A stretch of 64,000 nucleotides of DNA from Octopus vulgaris (GCA_951406725.2 OX597814.1:223882001-223946000); one strand, 5' to 3'. Positions 11,841 to 24,475 are shown, numbered from the stretch's first letter. The notes: a model not told the origin generated them from the letters alone. A program made the numbers and translations.

Positions 11841-13115
11841 CTGGGAAAACAGAAAAATATATAAATATATGAGGATGCATGGCTTAGTGGTTAGGGTGTT
11901 GCACTCATGATCTAGTGAGTATGGTTTCAATTCCTAGACTGGGATTGTGCATTGTGTTCTTAAGCAAAACACTTCATCTCATGTTGCTCTGTGATCACTT
12001 CGACACCCAACTCGTGGTGCACAGTGCACCTGTTCACACATCATCAATTTGATGGAGGGAGTGAGTTAATGTACAACGCATACATTTGATTACTATAAAC
12101 AAATCATTTGTGCAGGTCGTTCAGCAAAAACCGAACATTCATGCATTGCGTTCGACAGGTGAGTCTATCAAATATACATATGAAATAATCATCATTATTT
12201 TAAAAACTATTTTTCCATGCCTGCATGAGTCAGATAAGTCGGCATTGTCACTGAGTTTTCTATGCTCAGATGCTCTTCCTAACACCAACTACTGCCTGTT
12301 TCTGAACAAAGTAATAATCCTCCAGTCTATGGAACAACAAACAACCCAATCATGGTTACTTGGAAAACTGCAAACAAACATCATTAGTTAAATGAACCTT
12401 TTGTTTACAAAGCTCATACAACATGTCAAGGATATGTCAAGACATGTCAAAAAGCCCAAACAAGCTTTTGCAGTGGACTGTAAACAAATACTGCTGTTTG
12501 TTTGTGAAATCATTGTTTACAACCAGAGCACACTCACATTGACAATGTACGTGTGAGAGAGAGCTTCTTTCAGTTTCTTTCCATCAAATCTATTCACATG
12601 GCTTTAGTTGTTCAGAGGCTTCACTAGAAGACACTTTCTCTAAATATAGGTTTCAAATTTTGGCACAAGGCCAGCAATTTCATTAGAGGAAGTAAGTCAA
12701 TTACATCAACCCAATGTTTAACTGGTACTTATTTTACTGACCCCTAAAATGGAAATTGAACTCAGAACATAAAGACAGATGAAATGCCGCTAAGCATTTT
12801 ACCCAGCATCCCAATGATTCTGCCAACTCACCACCTTACTTGCTCTCTTTCTCTTTTATCTCTTTTACTTGTTTCAGTCATTTGACTGCGGCCATGCTGG
12901 AGCACCGCCTTTAGTCGAGCAAATCGACCCCAGGACTTATTCTTTGGAAGCCCAGTACTTATTCTATCGGTCTCATTTGCCGAACCGCTAAGCTACGGGT
13001 GCGTAAACATACCAGCATCGGTTGTCAAGCGATGTTGGGGGAACAAACACAAACACACACACACACACACACACACATACACATATATACGATGGGCTTC
13101 TTTCAGTTTCCATCA

Positions 13116-13394
13116 ACTGTTTCTTTACATGATTTCTTACATTCTGCACCATCTCATCAAACATATTTCAGAAATTGACTCTAGAATCTTTGACTTGTAC
13201 TCAGCCTGTTCTTCTATGACCACAAATATCTGACGCTATATATTTGAAGACTGCTTTTATCTTATTTCTTATTCAAGATGAACCATGAAATTAGTTGTTG
13301 GGATTTCTGAAAATTACATAAACATATTGAGTCAATTTCTGAAATATGTTTGATGAGACGGTGCAGAATGTAAGAAATCATGTAAAGAAACAGT
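13116..13394. repeat. Inverted repeat, 66-bp arms (13116-13181 / 13329-13394)
   Basis: actgtttctttacatgatttcttacattctgcacc... is mirrored with one visible mismatch. Confidence 0.9.
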
Positions 13395-13471
13395 AATAAT
13401 AGTCTATCAATCATCTATCCATTCGGTAACAGTAAAAGTTTTACATCAGATATTTGCATAGATTGCTGAGA

Positions 13472-16400
13472 TCATCATCATCATCATCATCATCATTTAG
13501 CGTCCGTTTTCCATGCTAGCATGGGTTGGACGGTTCAACTGGGGTCTGGGGAGCCCGAAGGCTGCACCAGGCCAGTCAGATCTGGCAGTGTTTCTACAGC
13601 TGGATGCCCTTCCTAACGCCAACCACTCCGAGAGTGTAGTGGGTGATTTTATGTGCCACCGACACAGGTGCCAGACGAGGCTGGCGAACGGCCACGCTCG
13701 GATGGTGTTTTTATGTGCCACCGACACAGGTGCCAGACGAGGCTGGCAGACGGCCACGCTCGGATGGTGTTTTTATGTGCCACCGACACAGGTGCCAGAT
13801 GAGGCTGGCAGGTGCCAGACGAGGCTGGCAGACGGCCACGCTCGGATGGTGTTTTTATGTGCCACCGACACAGGTGCCAGATGAGGCTGGCGGACGGCCA
13901 CGATCGGATGGTGTTTGTTACATCCCCAAAGCACGGAGGCCAGTCTATGCGGTACTGGCTACGGCCACGTTCGGATGATTTTCTTGTGTGCCACCGGCAC
14001 TGGTACCACAAAGATACAAATTCCATTTATGTTCATCTATTTTGATTTGTTTTGATTTGATTTGATTTGATTTTCACTTGCCTCAACAGGTCTTCACAAG
14101 TGTCACAAGAAGGAAGGTATGCACAGGTGGACTGTCTACGTCGCCGGGTCTTCGGATGGTGTCTTTATGTGCCACCGACACAGGTGCCAGATGTGGCTGG
14201 CGAACGGCCACGATCGGATGGTTTTCTTGTGTGCCACCGGTACTGGAACCACAAAGATACAAATTCCATTGATGTTCATCTATTTTGATTTGGTTTGATT
14301 TTGATTTTCACTTGCCTCAACAGGTCTTCACAAGTGTCACGCGTGTCACACACTTGCCTCAACAGGTCTCCACAAGTGTCACACACTTGCCTCTGCCTCA
14401 ACAGGTCTTCACAAAGTGTCACACACTTGCCTCTGCCTCAACAGGTCTTCACAAGTGTCATAAGAGGGAAGGTATGCACAGGTGGACTGACTACGTCGCC
14501 GGGTCTTTGGATGGTGTTTTATGTGCCACCGACACAGGTGCCAGGTGAGGCTGGCGAACGGCCACGATCAGATGGTGTTTGTTGTGCCCACAGCACGGAG
14601 GCCAGTCGATGCGGTACCAGCTACGGCCACGTTCGGATGGTTTTCTTGTGTGCCACCTGTACTGGAACCACAAAGATACAAATTCCATTGATATTCATCT
14701 ATTTTGATTTGGTTTGATTTTCACTTGCCTCAACAGGTCTTCACAAGGGTCACACACTTGCCTCAACAGGTCTCCACCAGTGTCACACACTTGCCTCTGC
14801 CTCAATAGGTCTTCACAAGTGTCACACACTTGCCTCAACAGGTCTTCACAAGTGTCATAAGAGGGAAGGTATGCACAGGTGGACTGACTACGTCGCCGGG
14901 TCTTCGGATGGTGTCTTTATGTGCCACCGGCACAGGTGCCAGATGAGGCTGGCGAACGGCCACGATCGGATGGTGTTTGTTGTGCCCACAGCACGGAGGC
15001 CAGTCGATGCGGTACTGGTTACGGCCACGTTTGGGTGGTTTTCTTGTGTGCCACCGGCACTGGTACCACAAAGAATACAATTCCACTGATGTTCATCTAT
15101 TTTGATTTGTTTTGATTTGATTTGATTTGATTTTCACTTGCCTCAACAGGTCTTCATAAGTGTCACAAGAAGGAAGGTATGCACAGGACTGACTACGTCC
15201 CAGGTCGGGGCCACGGGTTATGGCCTGACTAGTCTTGCCGGGTCTTCTCATGCACAGCATACTTCCATAGGTCTCGGTCTCTAGACATTTCCTTAGTGAG
15301 ACCTAAAGTTCGAAGGTCGTGCTTCACCACCTCGTCCCAGGTTTTCCTGGGTCTACCTCTTCCACAGGTTCCCTCCACTGCTAGGGTGTAGCACTTTTGC
15401 ACACAACTATCTTCAGCCTTTCTTGTCACATGACCATACCAGCGCAGCCGTCTCTCTTGCACGCCACAACTGACGCTTCTTAGGTTCAGCTTTTCTCTCA
15501 AGGAACTTACACTCTGACGATTATGAACACTGACATTACACATCCATCGGAGCATACTGGCTTCATTTCTTGCGAGCTTACGCATATCCTCAGCAGTCAC
15601 GGCCCATGTTTCACTACCATGTAGCATGGCTGTACGTACACATGCATCATACAGTCTGCCTTTTACTCTGAGCGAGAGGCCTTTTGTCACCAGCAGGGGT
15701 AAGAGCTCTCTAAACTTTGCCCAGGCTATTCTTACTCTAGCAGTTACACTTTCAGCACACCCACCCCCGCTACTGACTTGGTCTCCTAGGTAGCGGAAGC
15801 TATCAACTACTTCTAGTTTGTCTCCCTGGAACGTGGCAGAAGTTGGTCTCTGCATATTTCCAGTGTTTATTGCTCCTGAGCATTTGCCACAGACAAAAAC
15901 TATTTTCCTAGTTAGCCTTCCTTTGACATTGCTGCACCTCTTATGTGTCCATAGCTTACACTTGGTGCATTTTATAGAGTTTCTACCTACACCTTTTTTA
16001 CAGATCGAGCAGGGCCATCTACCTGAAGGCGTTTGTGATTGATCTACCTTCCTACTTATTAGAACTTTGGTTTTGGCTAGGTTGATTCTAAGGCCCTTCG
16101 ATTCTAATCCTTGTTTCCACACCTGGAACTTCTCCTCCAGTTCTGATAGTGACTCAGCAATTAGAGCAAGGTCATCAGCATAGAGGAGCTCCCAGGGGCA
16201 ACCTGTCTTGAATTCCTCCGTTATTGCCTGGAGGACTATGATAAATAGGAGGGGACTGAGGACTGAACCTTGGTGGACCCCAACCTCTACCCGGAATTCT
16301 TCACTGTACTCGTTGCCCACCCTCACCTTACTAGCAGCGTCTCTGTACATGGCTTGCACAGCTCTCACCAACCATTCTTCTATCCCTAGTTTCCTCATTG

Positions 16401-16580
16401 ACCACCAGATAAGGGACCGGGGGACCCTGTCAAAGGCTTTCTCCAAGTCAACAAAAGCCAGGTACAAGGGCTTATCTTTGGCTAGGTATTTCTCCTGCAG
16501 CTGTCTTACCAGGAATATAGCATCAGTAGTACTTTTCCCTGGCACGAACCCAAACTGCATATCATCTAAGGTAACTCTCT
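13472..16580 (-). mobile_element. 5'-truncated RTE-clade LINE with open RT frame (15229-~16580), embedded PHD finger and expanded repetitive 3' UTR
   Basis: QFGFVPGKSTTDAIF, AFVDLEKAFDRV, GVHQGSVLSPLLF, YADD (16171-16182), FRYLG, RRLRWYGHV, GRGRPRKTW; (ATG)n tail at 13472-13496; no endonuclease domain. Confidence 0.95.
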
Positions 16581-16684
16581 CTTCAAAAAATAGTTTCCTT
16601 GTTTTGGAAAAAGTGTAAATAGCCAAATGGTTAAGATATTACACAACCAACTTAAAAGCTGTGAATTTATATCCTTATTTTATA

Positions 16685-17935
16685 TTAGGTTGTTCCGAAA
16701 ATAATGGCCGATTTCAGAAACATAATTTTGTTTTGGAAAAATTAAAAATAGAAATGTTTTGATTAGTCTGAGCCATGAACGTCAATCAACGAGATTATTT
16801 ATGCCTCGTTGACAAAAACTTATTGGCTTTGATTCTAAGAAATCTTTGAAAGCTGATTCCACCTCTGGTTTGGACCTGAAAAATTTATATCTTAAAAACG
16901 TGTTTAAATACTTTAAAACATGGTAGTCAGTGGGTGAAAGATGAGGAGAATATGGCGAATGTGGCAAAGTCTCATTTCCCAAGTCTGTGAGTTTCTACAG
17001 CATCATTCTTGCAACTTGTAGCTTTGCATTATCATGGAGCAGAATTGGACAATGCCAATTCACCAATGCAGGTCTCAGTTTTTTTTTGCGAGTGAGCATG
17101 CATGTCAGCAAGTTGATTGCAGTAAACCACTGCTGTAATGCTCTGATTGGATTCCAGAAAGCTGTAATGGACAACACCTATTGCTGACCACCAGAGAGTC
17201 ACCATAATTCTTTGCTGATGCAACTTTGGCTTTGAGAAATGTTTGGGAGACTCATCACAATCAAGCCACTGACCTGATCATTTACAGTTATCATAAAGGA
17301 ACCACTTTTCGTCACAAGTGACTATTCGGTTAAGAAAAGGATCATTGGTGTTTCACAGAAAGAGCATTGAGTACACTTCAAAATGCTGAACTTTTTGATT
17401 TTCAGTGAGCTCATGCAGTACCCGTTTATAGCACTTTTTCACCTTACCAATCTTCTGCAGATTGTGTGAGACTGTTGCAAAACCAACACCAAGTGATTGA
17501 GATATTTCTCTGCTACTTTGACATGGGCTTTGTTCAACAATTGCATTCAAGATTGCATGACCGTCTTCTACCATCTTCATCCATTAGGCTCGCATGACCA
17601 CTATGGAATTTTTTAAACCACCTTCGTACTGTGCGAACAGTTGTAGACCCCTCTATCCATGTTCTGTTAATATTGGCAGCAGTTTGGGAGGCATTGTGCC
17701 CCAGCTTGAACTCATGCAAGAAAAGTTAGCAAAAGTCCTTTTTTGTCATGTTCATAATTAAGGGCGCTTATGCTTCAAGAATGTTTTCTGTTAGAAATAA
17801 GTAGACAATTATTAAAGAGCATTCATCAATTATTAAGTAGGTCGAAATTCACCTCAAATATAATTAAAATACTATGATAGAATTGCCTTTCGAAACACAA
17901 CACTTAGAGTGGCCATTATTTTCAGAACAACCTAA
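16685..17935 (-). mobile_element. Full-length defective mariner transposon (1251 bp)
   Basis: TIRs ttaggttgttccgaaaataatggcc / ggccattattttcagaacaacctaa with TA flanks. Transposase remnants HEFKLGHNA, TVRRWFKKF, RVLHEL, VTCDEKW, LLHDNA, YSPHLSPTDY carry stops and frameshifts. Confidence 0.93.
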
Positions 17936-18473
17936 TATTATGCCTGTATTAACCATTATGAGCAAACAAGATGGTTAATTCTTCACATCTCAGTATGCCT
18001 AAACAAGAGAAGTGGCACCAAGTAATCTGGAAAAATCATTAATCTGCAGCACATTTGCTGCTTCTAATGGTATGGAAACCAGACATTACTATCAGCCTAA
18101 TAAAATACATGGGCTTCATTGTAAAAGTTGAAGCCAGAGGGGAAACTATGCAGTCACTTGACCTGCTGGAAACAACAGCCTAATCTACATTAAAATTATA
18201 TCATCATTTTCAAAACAAGAAAAGAACACATTAGATGATGCTTTCTTAGATACTTGAAAAGTCGACATGGAGACATCTGGAATGCTTTGATTATTATTGA
18301 TCAGCAAGACCAAAGTTAAAAATGGCGCTAAACAACAACAATAAATACTAAGCTTGACAAAATACTTTCTGGCCAATATTCCAAAAGCCAAAAGGGAAGA
18401 AACAATGAATCTAAAGGAGAAAGAACTGTTAAAGAGAGAAAGCTTAAAACGTGGAGAACAAAATTCGGCTTAC

Positions 18474-18665
18474 GACTGATACGACGAGCATCATTGATTA
18501 ATTTCTCAACTGAATCACTGACTTTCTTCATATGCGTAAGAAACTGTGAATCGTTGAAAGCTTGTGGGCTGGTTTTAATGACTTCTGTGTAGTTACGCAT
18601 CTCCTCCAGGTGCTTGCGGTGTTCGTTTACTTGTTGCTGGACCAAATTGTAACATGGTGGACAAT
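18474..18665 (-). CDS. LAMC1: Laminin gamma exon, start of coiled coil (192 nt)
   Basis: CPPCYNLVQQQVNEHRKHLEEM..., the CPxCYxLV motif at the gamma-chain rod start. Confidence 0.92.
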
Positions 18666-18997
18666 CTGTAAAGGAAAGAGAAATCATAGTTTTTGAGGAA
18701 TTTCAAACTGAAACAAATTGAAAATAATCGAAATAATTATATTAATTAATAGTAATTATTATAGTAATGATTTCTTTGGCTACAGTATACAAGAAAAGCA
18801 ACAAGTAGTGAAGGGGTCCCAATATCTTACAGGTAATCATTTTACAAAAACAAATTGATGAAAAGACTGATTTTTATCATCATCTACATTTAACATCCGT
18901 TTTCCATGCTAGTGTGGGTTGGACAGCTTGAAAGGAAGTGGCAAGGCCAGGGGCAGCACCAGGCTCTTACTGCATAGGTATGTAATATAAATTATGT

Positions 18998-19550
18998 CAG
19001 GTCACTTTCGAGTGCTATGGGTAACATGTAACCCAGTACAACCTGTTGCATGGTCGGGTTGTCGGAGACTAAACCGGCAACCCCACAAAGCTTGTTTGGT
19101 GAGGAGGGTGTTTATTGGACACCCTGCGGGATGAAAAACAAAACCCGTCAAAGGGCGGAGGAACTTTTGAGAGTCAACGGCCATCCAATAAATGTTTTAA
19201 GGGTGATCATGCGCGGGGACATAGAAATAATCAGACTGAATACCCGATAGCGCGGTTAAACCATTGGGAGTGAAGGACTCCTAGCCTTTGTTAGAGCATC
19301 CTTCTAGGAAAAGGTAACTCAGGTAACTGGGATAACTCCGACATAAAACCTGCGGCTCAGTGGTTACCGATGATGTTGACTTGTTCTTCTTTTCGGATTA
19401 TGGCTGCTGTTGCTTATTGAGTGGGATTGACTCAGTGCACAGCCTTTGCTCACTTTAAAAAAATCTTCTTGCACAGGCATTGCATGATAACAACATTGAT
19501 TAAGATTCGTGCAATGGCCATACTCGATAACGAGGGGGCAGCCACCATGT
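18998..19550 (+). mobile_element. Probable non-autonomous RTE-derived element (5' UTR-like)
   Basis: GC-richer island with gcatccttctaggaaaaggtaactc...ataaaacc, resembling RTE 5' UTR motifs; no ORF. Confidence 0.4.
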
Positions 19551-19905
19551 AATATAAATGTGTGTGTGTGTGTGTATGAATGTATGTATATATGTATGTA
19601 GGTTGGTAGGCAGGTACATATGTATGTAGGAAGGGAGGCAGACAGATAGATATAGATATATACATATGTATTGGAAAGTAAGTTCAACTAAATGACTAGT
19701 TGGTTAGATAAAAAAAAAAATATAATAAAATTACATAGTTATTGAGTTATTGATAAGAGAACAAACTGAAGATGACCAATGGTTAAGAGGAAAGATGTCA
19801 CATGATCAAACAGAAAACGGTTATGGAACAAAGTCAGTGACATGATACAAATGACAAGAATGGAATAAAAGAAGAGAAAAAAAAAGACTGTAGGACTTTA
19901 GATCT

Positions 19906-20292
19906 GGATGGAAGCACTCCGTCGGTTACGACGATGAGGGTTCCGGTTGATCCGAATCAACGGAACAGCCTGCTCGTGAAATTAATGTGTAAGTGGCTGA
20001 GCACTCCACAGACACGTGTACCCTTAACGTAGTTCTCGGGGATATTCAGCGTGACACAGAGAGTGACAAGGCCAACCCCTTGAAATACAGGTACAACAGA
20101 AACAGGAAGTAAGAGAGAGAAAGTTGTGGTGAAAGAGTACAGCAGGGATCACCACCATCCCCTGCCGGAGCCTCGTGGAGCTTTTAGGTGTTTTCGCTCA
20201 ATAAACACTCACAACGCCCGGTCTGGGAATCGAAACCGCGATCCTATGGCCGCGAGTCCGCTGCCCTAACCACTGGGCAATTGCGCCTCCAC
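19906..20292 (-). mobile_element. tRNA-derived SINE family C with 11-bp target-site duplication (TSD)
   Basis: Head ggaggcgcaattgcccagtggttagggcagcggactcgcgg...tttcgattccc; TSD actttagatct at 19895-19905 and 20293-20303; related head at ~20860-21043. Confidence 0.9.
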
Positions 20293-20309
20293 ACTTTAGA
20301 TCTACTCAC

Positions 20310-20447
20310 CAATACAACCAGCAGTGATGTTATACTTGTTTTCTTGACACCGGTCACATCTGTCCCCTGTAGTTGTTGGACGACATTTGCAGGCCCCTTT
20401 GTCATCACATTGCTGGTCATAGGAACCAAGGGGATCACACTGACAAC
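20310..20447 (-). CDS. LAMC1: Laminin gamma exon, last LE (138 nt)
   Basis: [45 protein letters not shown]. Confidence 0.92.
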
Positions 20448-21042
20448 CTGTAATTCATAAAATTGGTAAAATACATATTCAGGTATAAAACAAAAATGCT
20501 CGACATATATGTGTGTATGTGTGTGCATACATACATATATACACACAAACATAGTCTGGTAAAGGCAAGTAGGATGAAAATATGAAGTCCCCATTGCCCT
20601 GCTACTTGTCAAAGTTTAATAAAAATGTGCCCAGTTAAAATGTATTGAGTAATTCTTAAGTTTAATGTTACACTGTTGTTTTTTTCTATTAATATATAAC
20701 TTAACATAAAAACAAACATTATTATATATATATATATCACCATGATCACCGTGACCGACCAGGTTATCAGATGTTGCTACACATCGCTGGTCACAATGCA
20801 CTTCACATTGTTTTAGTCTTCAAATGACACTACCCTGCTGGCTAAGTGAGCAGGCCAACAGAAGAAAGAGAGAAAGTTGTGGCGAAAGAGTACAGCAGGG
20901 ATCACCACCACCCCCTGCCGGAGCCTCGTGGAGCTTTAGGTGTTTTCACTCAATAAACACTCAAAACACCTGGTCTGGGAATCGAAATCGTGATCCTACA
21001 ACTGCGAGTCCGCTGCCCTAACCACTGGGCCATTGTGCTTCC

Positions 21043-21082
<40 letters not shown>

Positions 21083-21534
21083 CTGACTGCCTTACAATCT
21101 CCATCACTGCCCTGCTCAGTGTATCACTGCCTTCACTACTCCATTTTTATACTCAGGTCTTTGTGTCTATTAATATATAATTCAACATAAAATAAACAAA
21201 TATATATAGATATATATAGCTATGATTGTCTTCCAATCCCCTTCTCACTGCCCTGCTCATTGTATCACTGCTTTCTCCCACCCCATTTAGCAACTGCTTT
21301 CCATGCTGGCATGGGTTAGATGGTTTGACAGGACCTGGTAAGCTGGATAGCCACATCAAGTTCCAGTCTAATTTGGCATGTTTTCTATGGCTGGGGGACC
21401 CTTCCTAATGCCAATATATGACAAAGTACTAAAAAGTTCCTGGCTTTAAGAATATCTGAGTTCTTTTACATGGCTTAAAAAAACTGAAGGACCACTGCAA
21501 TAAGTGTGTGAATCTGAGAGGAGAAAATGTTGCC

Positions 21535-22080
21535 AGAGCACATTCCATGGCCCCTGCCACTGTTCTTCCTGCACCCACCCTGTCATTACCCATCTCTAGT
21601 TTCCCCTCAACTACCACTCCTCCACTCTGCCTCTCCAATGCACCATTCTGCAAGCCTTCCAGTGACTCCAGTCCAACCCCTCCACTTCGCACATCTTCCC
21701 CAACTTACCCCTCCCCTCCTTCAAATGAGTCCACAACCTACGTGATTTCCTGATCTGCAGTTTCTTCCCCAACCCCACCTTCCAACTTGGCTCGTTCCCC
21801 TGCTCCCACCCACACTGCTGCAGTTGCCCCTACTTCTCTCCAACACTACCATCTTCACAGGCACCTATCACCATCCTTATCACTGACTCCTTTACATGCA
21901 CTTCTAGCAATGTCATTTACTGCATCTCCTGCACTTTCTGTCCTCTTTCTGTTCCTTTCTGATGAAGAGCATAGGCTTGAAATGTAAAAGATTTTCTCAC
22001 CTTCCTGGGCATTAAACTAATACACCTGTTTGTTGTTTATACACCTGTCTTCGTCTTTTGTTTTTCTGTAAATTTCAACT
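21535..22080 (+). mobile_element. Penelope-like element remnant (linker, start of GIY-YIG endonuclease, pseudo-LTR with hammerhead)
   Basis: Decayed frames IFPNLPLPSFK*VHNLRDFLICS, GSFPCSHPHCCSCPY and SFTCTSSNVIYCISCTFC; hammerhead at 21955-21990. Confidence 0.8.
21955..21990 (+). ncRNA. Minimal type I hammerhead ribozyme motif
   Basis: cttt CTGATGA a gagc atag gctt GAAA tg TA aaag. Confidence 0.7.
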
Positions 22081-22099
22081 ATATATATATGTGTGTGTG

Positions 22100-22145
<46 letters not shown>

Positions 22146-22789
22146 CCATATAGCAACACACACATAGGTGTTCTATATAAAATATCAGATTACATCTAAT
22201 TCACACATGCACCAACAATAACAACAATTCTTGCTTTGGTTCCCCAACTGATGAGACTCTAGGAATGCCACCATGATATTATATATGGTGGTAAGACTTG
22301 TGCAGTTTTAGACATGGTAGACTACATCCCTCTTTAAATCTGCCTACAGTTGACTGCCTTCAGAAAGAGAAACAATCAGACAGGCAGGAGGTAAATTGAT
22401 CCCAGTACAAAACCAGTATTTTATTAATTCTGAAATGATGGAAAGCCCAAGTGAAATTCAGGATGTAAATATTTACACAGACATACATGACTACACACAG
22501 TGAGAGAGAGAGTGGAGAGAGAGAGAGAGAGAGTATTTCTTTATTCACCATTAGGTTGAGAAAAAGAGGAGACAATACGGGGACAGACAAAACAAACGTT
22601 GGGGTCAGGGTATCAAATGAGACGAAACTATGAATAAACAGAGACAGACAGACAGACAAACAAAGAGAGAGAGAGAGGGAGAGTAATCTGTGGAAATCAC
22701 ACAGCACAGAACAAAAGCTACTATGTAGCAAGTGGAGTCAATTAAATATTTGAGTTTCACGAGGAGTATTTAATCATAGGGTTACTCAC

Positions 22790-22942
22790 GTTTACAGCCA
22801 TCAACTGAAAATCCATAGTGATAAGGTAAGCATTTACCACATCGCTTGCCGACAATGTTATTTTTACATTTACACTGGCCGGTGCCGTGGTCACATTCGC
22901 TTTCCAGCGAACCGATTGAGTTGCAACGGCAAGATTCACAAC
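22790..22942 (-). CDS. LAMC1: Laminin gamma exon, LE (153 nt)
   Basis: CESCRCNSIGSLESECDHGTGQCKCKNNIVGKRCGKCLPYHYGFSVDGCK. Confidence 0.92.
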
Positions 22943-23019
22943 CTGCAGATAAGAAGATTATCATTAAAGCAAAAGATAGTCTTAAAGAGTTCATATGAAA
23001 TAAAGAGGTGAATACATCG

Positions 23020-23470
23020 TTAACCTTTTAACGTTTACATTATTTTGTGAAATATAATGCTTATTTATTCTCATTGATTTGACTTTGTTATGCATTACCT
23101 TTTAGCTTTAAATTTTTAATGACATAATTGTTTATATTCAGAATAATATTGTAGGAGAAGTGCAAGAGGCCAGATCTGGCCAGTTTGAAGATAAAACAGA
23201 ACTGGACATTTTGGCCAGATATGGCCAATTTGAATGTTAAAAGGTTAAACCCTTCAAGCATTCAGATTATTTTGTCAAATGTAATTCTTATCTATTCCCA
23301 TTATTTTTAATTAACCATGCATTATCTTGTAGCTTCAAGATTTCAATGATGCAATTATCTATTTTCAGAATGACATTATAGGGTAGGTGTGAGAAACCAG
23401 ATCTAGCCAGTTTGAACATAAAACAGATAGAATATTTTGGCCAAATACAACTGGTTTAAATGCTAAAGTT
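23020..23470. mobile_element. Two tandem copies of an old ~225-bp TTAA-flanked (piggyBac-type) MITE
   Basis: ttaacctttta...aaaaggttaa. Diverged relatives at ~9536-9755, 34306-34530, 50406-50630, 53575-54025, 58003-58225 and 61759-61975. Confidence 0.7.
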
Positions 23471-23541
23471 TGGTTTCCATATGACATGTGACACCCAAAT
23501 TTTATTCAACTATATATATATATATATATATATACACATAC

Positions 23542-23592
<51 letters not shown>

Positions 23593-23651
23593 CATATATA
23601 TACATATAAATATATATATACACATACATATTATATATTAATAAACTTTAC

Positions 23652-23798
23652 CATTTCCACTTTCTAAATTCCAGTAGCCAGGTGCACATCTATCACATTT
23701 GAGTCCTTCAACGTGAAGCTGACATGGACACTGTCCATTTCTTGGATCACAAGAATACATTCCAGTGTGAAGGATTCCTTTGGGATTACAATTACAGG
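23652..23798 (-). CDS. LAMC1: Laminin gamma exon, LE (147 nt)
   Basis: [48 protein letters not shown]. Confidence 0.92.
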
Positions 23799-24475
23799 CT
23801 GAAATAAGAGAGAAAAACAAGAGATATAGAAAGTGACTAAAAGAGAAAGAAAAAAAAGATTTCAAAGGACTTATAAAAAGCAAAACAGAAAATATTTCAA
23901 TTCTGTTTTGAGTGTGTTTGTTGGAGTGATTTTGTATTAATGCATCTTGCCAATCTGTCCTTAGACTTTGAATTACTTTTCACATCCACTTTGTTAAAAC
24001 ATCTATTTTCTGCAAGCCTTAATTGCTTTGAATCAAAACATTTTACAAATCAAAAACTTCCATAAATCTAACTGCAACTTCAGAAGTATTGTTTTAAAGC
24101 ATCCTCTCAAGAATTCTAACTATTCTTTCTCTAAACATGCAATGCTCTTCTAAACACGATGCATCAGCCTCTATTATTTAAAGACTTATAAAGGCGTTGA
24201 GGTAGCAGAATCATTAGAACACCAGAAAAATGTTAAGCAACATTTCTTGTGATTCTTTACATTCTGAACAGAAATTCATGCCAAAGTCAATTTTGCCTTT
24301 CATCCTTTCAGGATCAATAACGCAAGTACCAGTTGAATACTGGGGGTGAGTGTAATCAACTATGCACCCTCCTGCAAAATTTCAGGCTTTGGGACTGTAG
24401 TAGAAAGAATTATTTAAAGATATGTAGCCTGCAGGAAAGCTGTATAAATAAGAATGACTTCATGTTGTAACTAAC

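Noticed and set aside
13497-15115. Cluster of overlapping 60-140 aa ORFs
   Set aside because: They are translations of the repetitive GC-rich RTE 3' UTR.
16581-16626. N-terminus MAIYTFSKTRKLFFE of the 465-aa RT ORF
   Set aside because: It is flanking DNA read through the 5' truncation point, not part of the element.
22248-22320. Additional hammerhead at CTGATGAGACTC
   Set aside because: No matching GAGTC-GAAA half was found; at best a heavily decayed relic.
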